The notes under the pieces are model-generated. The model was not told where the DNA came from, made no database searches, and saw only the letters and a program-made list of their open reading frames with translations. 64,000 bases of DNA from the NCBI GenBank assembly GCA_041671365.1, contig JBAZBP010000001.1, positions 116,459 through 180,458 on the forward strand. Direction: 5' to 3'. This stretch comes from Patescibacteria group bacterium. Lineage in GTDB: Bacteria > Patescibacteriota > Patescibacteriia > Patescibacteriales > UBA12465. This document shows positions 60,735-64,000 of this stretch, one piece after another; positions within the stretch are counted from its first letter, which is position 1; each line of letters starts with the position of its first letter. A program made the position numbers and the translations under genes.

Positions 60735-61292
60735 TTATTTATTTAATTTAGCCATAATTAAATCGATTTGCTTATGCAGTTCGTCTAAACTTCCGTCATT
60801 GTTCAAGTTTAATTCTGCTTCAGCCATAACCGAGGGGATACTAATTTCGGTTTCCATTTCTAGGTGGTCCCGAGTAAACTGTTCTAAAGTTTTTTCGGTG
60901 TCGCCGACATTTTCGTTCCTTTCAACCAAGCGCTCGTGGCGTATTTTAATGTCGGCATCGACGCTAATTAAATGAAAACCCGGTATTTTTTTAAGATATT
61001 CAATATCCGCTAAGCGTCTTATTCCTTCAACGACTATTAATTTTTCATTAGAATTTTTTATATCTCCAGCCATAGTCTTGGCGAACAAGTCTTCTCCAAA
61101 AGTTTGCCTTAGACAAGTAGAAATATTTACCATATTGAGACGATTTATTTCTAAGTTCAAACGTTCCAATATTTCTCGCATGATAGTCGAGAAACGAAAA
61201 CCCTTAGCGCCATATTTTTCTTCCAAATATTTTTTACAAATGCCCTTGCCGCTAGCCATCGGTCCGGTGAATCCTAAAATGATTTTTGTCAT
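60735..61292 (-). CDS. P-loop nucleoside/nucleotide kinase (CoaE/dNMP-kinase-like)
   Basis: ILGFTGPMASGKGI Walker A. About 185 aa. Sits inside the dTTP-synthesis operon. Confidence 0.4.
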   Translation of the reverse strand: MTKIILGFTGPMASGKGICKKYLEEKYGAKGFRFSTIMREILERLNLEINRLNMVNISTCLRQTFGEDLFAKTMAGDIKNSNEKLIVVEGIRRLADIEYLKKIPGFHLISVDADIKIRHERLVERNENVGDTEKTLEQFTRDHLEMETEISIPSVMAEAELNLNNDGSLDELHKQIDLIMAKLNK

Positions 61293-61295
61293 AAT

Positions 61296-61799
61296 TTAAT
61301 ATTGTACCCGATATCGCAACATCAAGGTGTTTTCATTTAAATTTTTAACTTCCAATAATTTTAAATTAACATTTAAATCCTTATTGAACAAGGATAATCC
61401 AGTGCCAAAAATTTTAGGTTCAACTGTCAGAATAATTTCCGTAATTAATTTTTTTTCTAAGAACAGAGAATTAAGGAACGAACCGCCGCCTAATAAGGCG
61501 GATTTATAGCCCATTACTTCTAATTCTTGCAAAACATCGGCGGGTTCTCCTTTAACCCATTTTACACCGGTAATTTCTGCCGGGTTTTCATTTTCCGAAA
61601 ACACGACATTCAATCTTTCTTTTAAGGGCGCCGGAAAAGTTCGGAAAGTATTTTCACCCATCATAATTACGCCCTGGGCTTTGGATATTTCGACAAATAA
61701 TTTTTTGTCTTCGCGGCTAGTCCAGTCGGCAAATTGGGTTTTATCTTTAGCGATTTTTCCGTCAACGGTCATCGCCATCATCATGGTTACGGGTATCAT
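61296..61799 (-). CDS. Dihydrofolate reductase-family protein (RibD C-terminal-like)
   Basis: MTVDGKIA…VIMMGENTF…LLGGGSFLNSL pattern of the DHFR/RibD_C reductase family. Adjacent to thyA. Confidence 0.6.
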   Translation of the reverse strand: MIPVTMMMAMTVDGKIAKDKTQFADWTSREDKKLFVEISKAQGVIMMGENTFRTFPAPLKERLNVVFSENENPAEITGVKWVKGEPADVLQELEVMGYKSALLGGGSFLNSLFLEKKLITEIILTVEPKIFGTGLSLFNKDLNVNLKLLEVKNLNENTLMLRYRVQY

Positions 61800-61818
61800 A
61801 GAAATTTAAGGTAAGTAA

Positions 61819-62634
61819 TTAAATGGCGATTGGAGCTTTAATGCCCGGATCCGGATCGTAGCCTTCTAAATGGAAGTCTTCATATTTAAAATTAAAGATG
61901 TCTTTTACTTCCGGATTAATAGTCATAGTTGGCCCCGTTTTAGGTTCACGAGTTAATTGTAATTTTACCTGTTCAATATGATTATTGTAAATATGCAAAT
62001 CACCGAAAGTATGGATAAATTCACCCAGCTTTAAGTCGCAGACCTGCGCCATCATCATAGTTAAAAGGGCGTAAGAGGCGATATTAAATGGTACGCCCAG
62101 AAAGATATCGGCGCTGCGTTGGTACAACTGACAAGATAATTTATTGTCATGAGAAACGTAAAATTGGAAAACGGTATGACAGGGAGGCGGAGCGGTTTTT
62201 TTACCGCCGATTAATTCGCGTAAATCGCCGACATTCCAACCGCTGACAATTATACGTCGAGAGGTCGGGTTGTGCTTAAGCATTTCAACCGTTTCCGCGA
62301 TTTGGTTTATTTTGGTTCCATCTTTAGCTTCCCAGGCGGTCCATTGTTTGCCGTAAATCGGGCCAAGATCGCCGTTTTCATCCGCCCATTCGTTCCAGAT
62401 ATTAACGCCGTTTTCATTTAGATATTTAATATTAGTATCACCCTTTAGAAACCACAATAATTCATAGATAATAGATTTCAAATGGACCTTTTTAGTGGTT
62501 AAAAGGGGAAATCCTTGACTTAAGTCGTAGCGTGTTTGACGGCCAAAAACACTGATGGTGCCGGTGCCGGTTCGATCATCTTTACCCTGTCCGTTTTCTA
62601 GCACGTCTCGCAAAAGATCAAGATATTGTTTCAT
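61819..62634 (-). CDS. thyA: Thymidylate synthase
   Basis: …[23 protein letters not shown]… and the active-site region …PCH…. Confidence 0.95.
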   Translation of the reverse strand: MKQYLDLLRDVLENGQGKDDRTGTGTISVFGRQTRYDLSQGFPLLTTKKVHLKSIIYELLWFLKGDTNIKYLNENGVNIWNEWADENGDLGPIYGKQWTAWEAKDGTKINQIAETVEMLKHNPTSRRIIVSGWNVGDLRELIGGKKTAPPPCHTVFQFYVSHDNKLSCQLYQRSADIFLGVPFNIASYALLTMMMAQVCDLKLGEFIHTFGDLHIYNNHIEQVKLQLTREPKTGPTMTINPEVKDIFNFKYEDFHLEGYDPDPGIKAPIAI

Positions 62635-62694
62635 ATTAGTCAGTTTTAAATATGATTTATTTATTTTTTATAACTAGTTGGCGACATGGTCGCC

Positions 62695-63186
62695 CTATTT
62701 CATATCCGCATATTCTGTAACCGTATCGTCTAATAATACAAATTCGATCTTCGCTTCTTTAAATATTTCTTTGCTCCTCTTGCTATCGTGATAATCTTGA
62801 GCGCAAATCACTTTTTTAATACCGGCATTGATAATCATTTTAGCGCAAGCATAACAGGGGGTCATTTTACAGTATAAAGTCCCGCCGCCCAGAGCGGTAC
62901 CCATACGAGCAGCCTCGCAAATAGCGTTTTGTTCGGCGTGTGTAGTTCTAATGCAATGGCGACTTTGTTGGCCGTTTTCATGAGTGACCGTGTGCATCTC
63001 GTGACCGACTTCGTCGCAATGAGCTAGACCTACAGGCGAACCGGCATAACCAGTGGCAATAATTCGTTTGTCCCGCGTCACAACGCAACCGCCTCGGAAA
63101 CGGTCACAGGTGCCGCGGCTACCGACGATGTCTACAATTTTTATAAAATATTCGTCCCAAGAAGGGCGGCGGTAGACCTCACTCAT
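62695..63186 (-). CDS. dCMP deaminase (cytidine/deoxycytidylate deaminase zinc-binding)
   Basis: HAEQNAI…CYACAKMI zinc-binding motifs (H-x-E, PC-x-x-C). Confidence 0.85.
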   Translation of the reverse strand: MSEVYRRPSWDEYFIKIVDIVGSRGTCDRFRGGCVVTRDKRIIATGYAGSPVGLAHCDEVGHEMHTVTHENGQQSRHCIRTTHAEQNAICEAARMGTALGGGTLYCKMTPCYACAKMIINAGIKKVICAQDYHDSKRSKEIFKEAKIEFVLLDDTVTEYADMK

Positions 63187-63364
63187 AAAATTAAATTATA
63201 AATTTTAAATTCTTTAAAGCATTTATATTCTAGCTTATTATTTAAATAAAATAAATCTTGACAGATAAGGTTTTATATTACTTTTGGTCTTTTAAAAAGT
63301 TAAAAAAAGAGCTAGAATATAGACACCTGCTTGATGAGTATTAGTAATTTTAAATGTAACTAAA

Positions 63365-63631
63365 ATGTTAAGTCAGTATATAAAAAAATTAGCTAATAAT
63401 AAAGAAATTTATTTAAAAATTAGGACTTCTCCGAGTGCTAGCCGAACTGGTTTTTTGAATATAATGGCCGATGGTACTATTAAAATTGCCGTAGCCGCTG
63501 CCCCCGAAAAAGGTCTGGCTAATCAAGAGTTAATTAAATTTTTAGCCGATGAACTCGGTGTTCGTAAATATCAAGTAAAAATAGTCAGCGGGGTCGGCGA
63601 AAAGAGCAAGCTAATCAAAGTTAGTCGCTAG
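63365..63631 (+). CDS. DUF167 (YggU/UPF0235) family protein
   Basis: …EIYLKIRTSPSASRTGF…DGTIKIAVAAAPEKGLANQELIKFLADELGV… matches the YggU pattern. Confidence 0.65.
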   Translation: MLSQYIKKLANNKEIYLKIRTSPSASRTGFLNIMADGTIKIAVAAAPEKGLANQELIKFLADELGVRKYQVKIVSGVGEKSKLIKVSR

Positions 63632-63639
63632 CGCACTTA

Positions 63640-64000
63640 TGGATTTATCAATTATTATCGTTTCTTGGAACGTGTTGGAAAAGTTGCGCGCCAATTTAAT
63701 CGCCCTGCTAAAATCGTCGGGTGATTTTAAATTTGAAGTTTATGTTGTAGATAATAATTCCTCTGACGAGAGTGTCGCTATGATCCGAACAGAGTTTCCG
63801 ACAGTACATTTAATCACCAATTCTGATAATTACGGTTTTGCGCGCGCTAATAATCAAGCTATCAGGTTAGCTACTGGTCGTTTTATTTTGTTGCTTAATC
63901 CGGATATGCAAGTTGAACTCGATACTTTGAAAAATGTTTTAGACTGGGCTAAAAAAAATCCTCAGGCGACGGTTACCGGCTGCCGGTTGCAGAGTGATAA
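63640..64000 (+). CDS. Family-2 glycosyltransferase (3' truncated by window edge)
   Basis: MDLSIIIVSWNVLEKL…VYVVDNNSSDES…YGFARANNQAI… is the GT2 N-terminal half. The ORF is open at the window end. Confidence 0.65.

Overview
This window is a low-GC, gene-dense chromosomal segment, almost all on the + strand with short or overlapping gene junctions. It looks like a reduced-genome bacterium of the Patescibacteria/CPR type. That identification is inferred from the gene content, tRNAs without encoded CCA, and many fused or minimal genes. Reading left to right, the content is: a division and anaerobic-RNR block (ftsA, ftsZ, nrdR, nrdD, a separately encoded 45-aa glycyl-radical peptide, nrdG); a coupled four-gene cassette (TraD/VirD4-like ATPase with zinc ribbon, 40-aa ORF, DnaQ-like exonuclease, processive GT2 membrane synthase); an FtsB-like protein; two antisense tRNAs (Thr-CGT, Gly-CCC); an RlpA–DD-carboxypeptidase fusion followed by ftsEX; tRNA-Gln; a GNAT acetyltransferase; mntH; a PHP phosphoesterase; a coiled-coil SLT transglycosylase; znuACB; GT-C-like membrane proteins and a Dpm1-like GT2. 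On the minus strand sit a response regulator, sensor kinase and P-type ATPase. Back on the + strand: PBP2; a CIRCE-controlled hrcA–(DUF1653–GrpE fusion)–hsp20–dnaK–dnaJ–tatD block; a complete F-type ATP synthase operon atpZBEFHAGDC with a clear sigma70-like promoter; a divergent beta-carbonic-anhydrase-like protein; uppP (–); CIRCE–groES–groEL; a cytidylyltransferase; mltG; a large exported unknown protein; two large polytopic GT-C-like membrane proteins; and miaB–miaA. Directly downstream of miaA is a short reverse transcriptase carrying the DGR hallmark motif LGxxxSQ, with no adjacent TR/VR that I can see. A minus-strand operon follows: dCMP deaminase, thyA, DHFR-like reductase, P-loop kinase, Tmk–dUTPase fusion, gatB. 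The window ends with a DUF167 protein and a partial GT2. The items most worth follow-up are the split NrdD with its free-standing glycyl-radical peptide, the apparently orphan DGR-type RT, the DUF1653–GrpE fusion, and the ATPase/small ORF/exonuclease/polysaccharide-synthase cassette.
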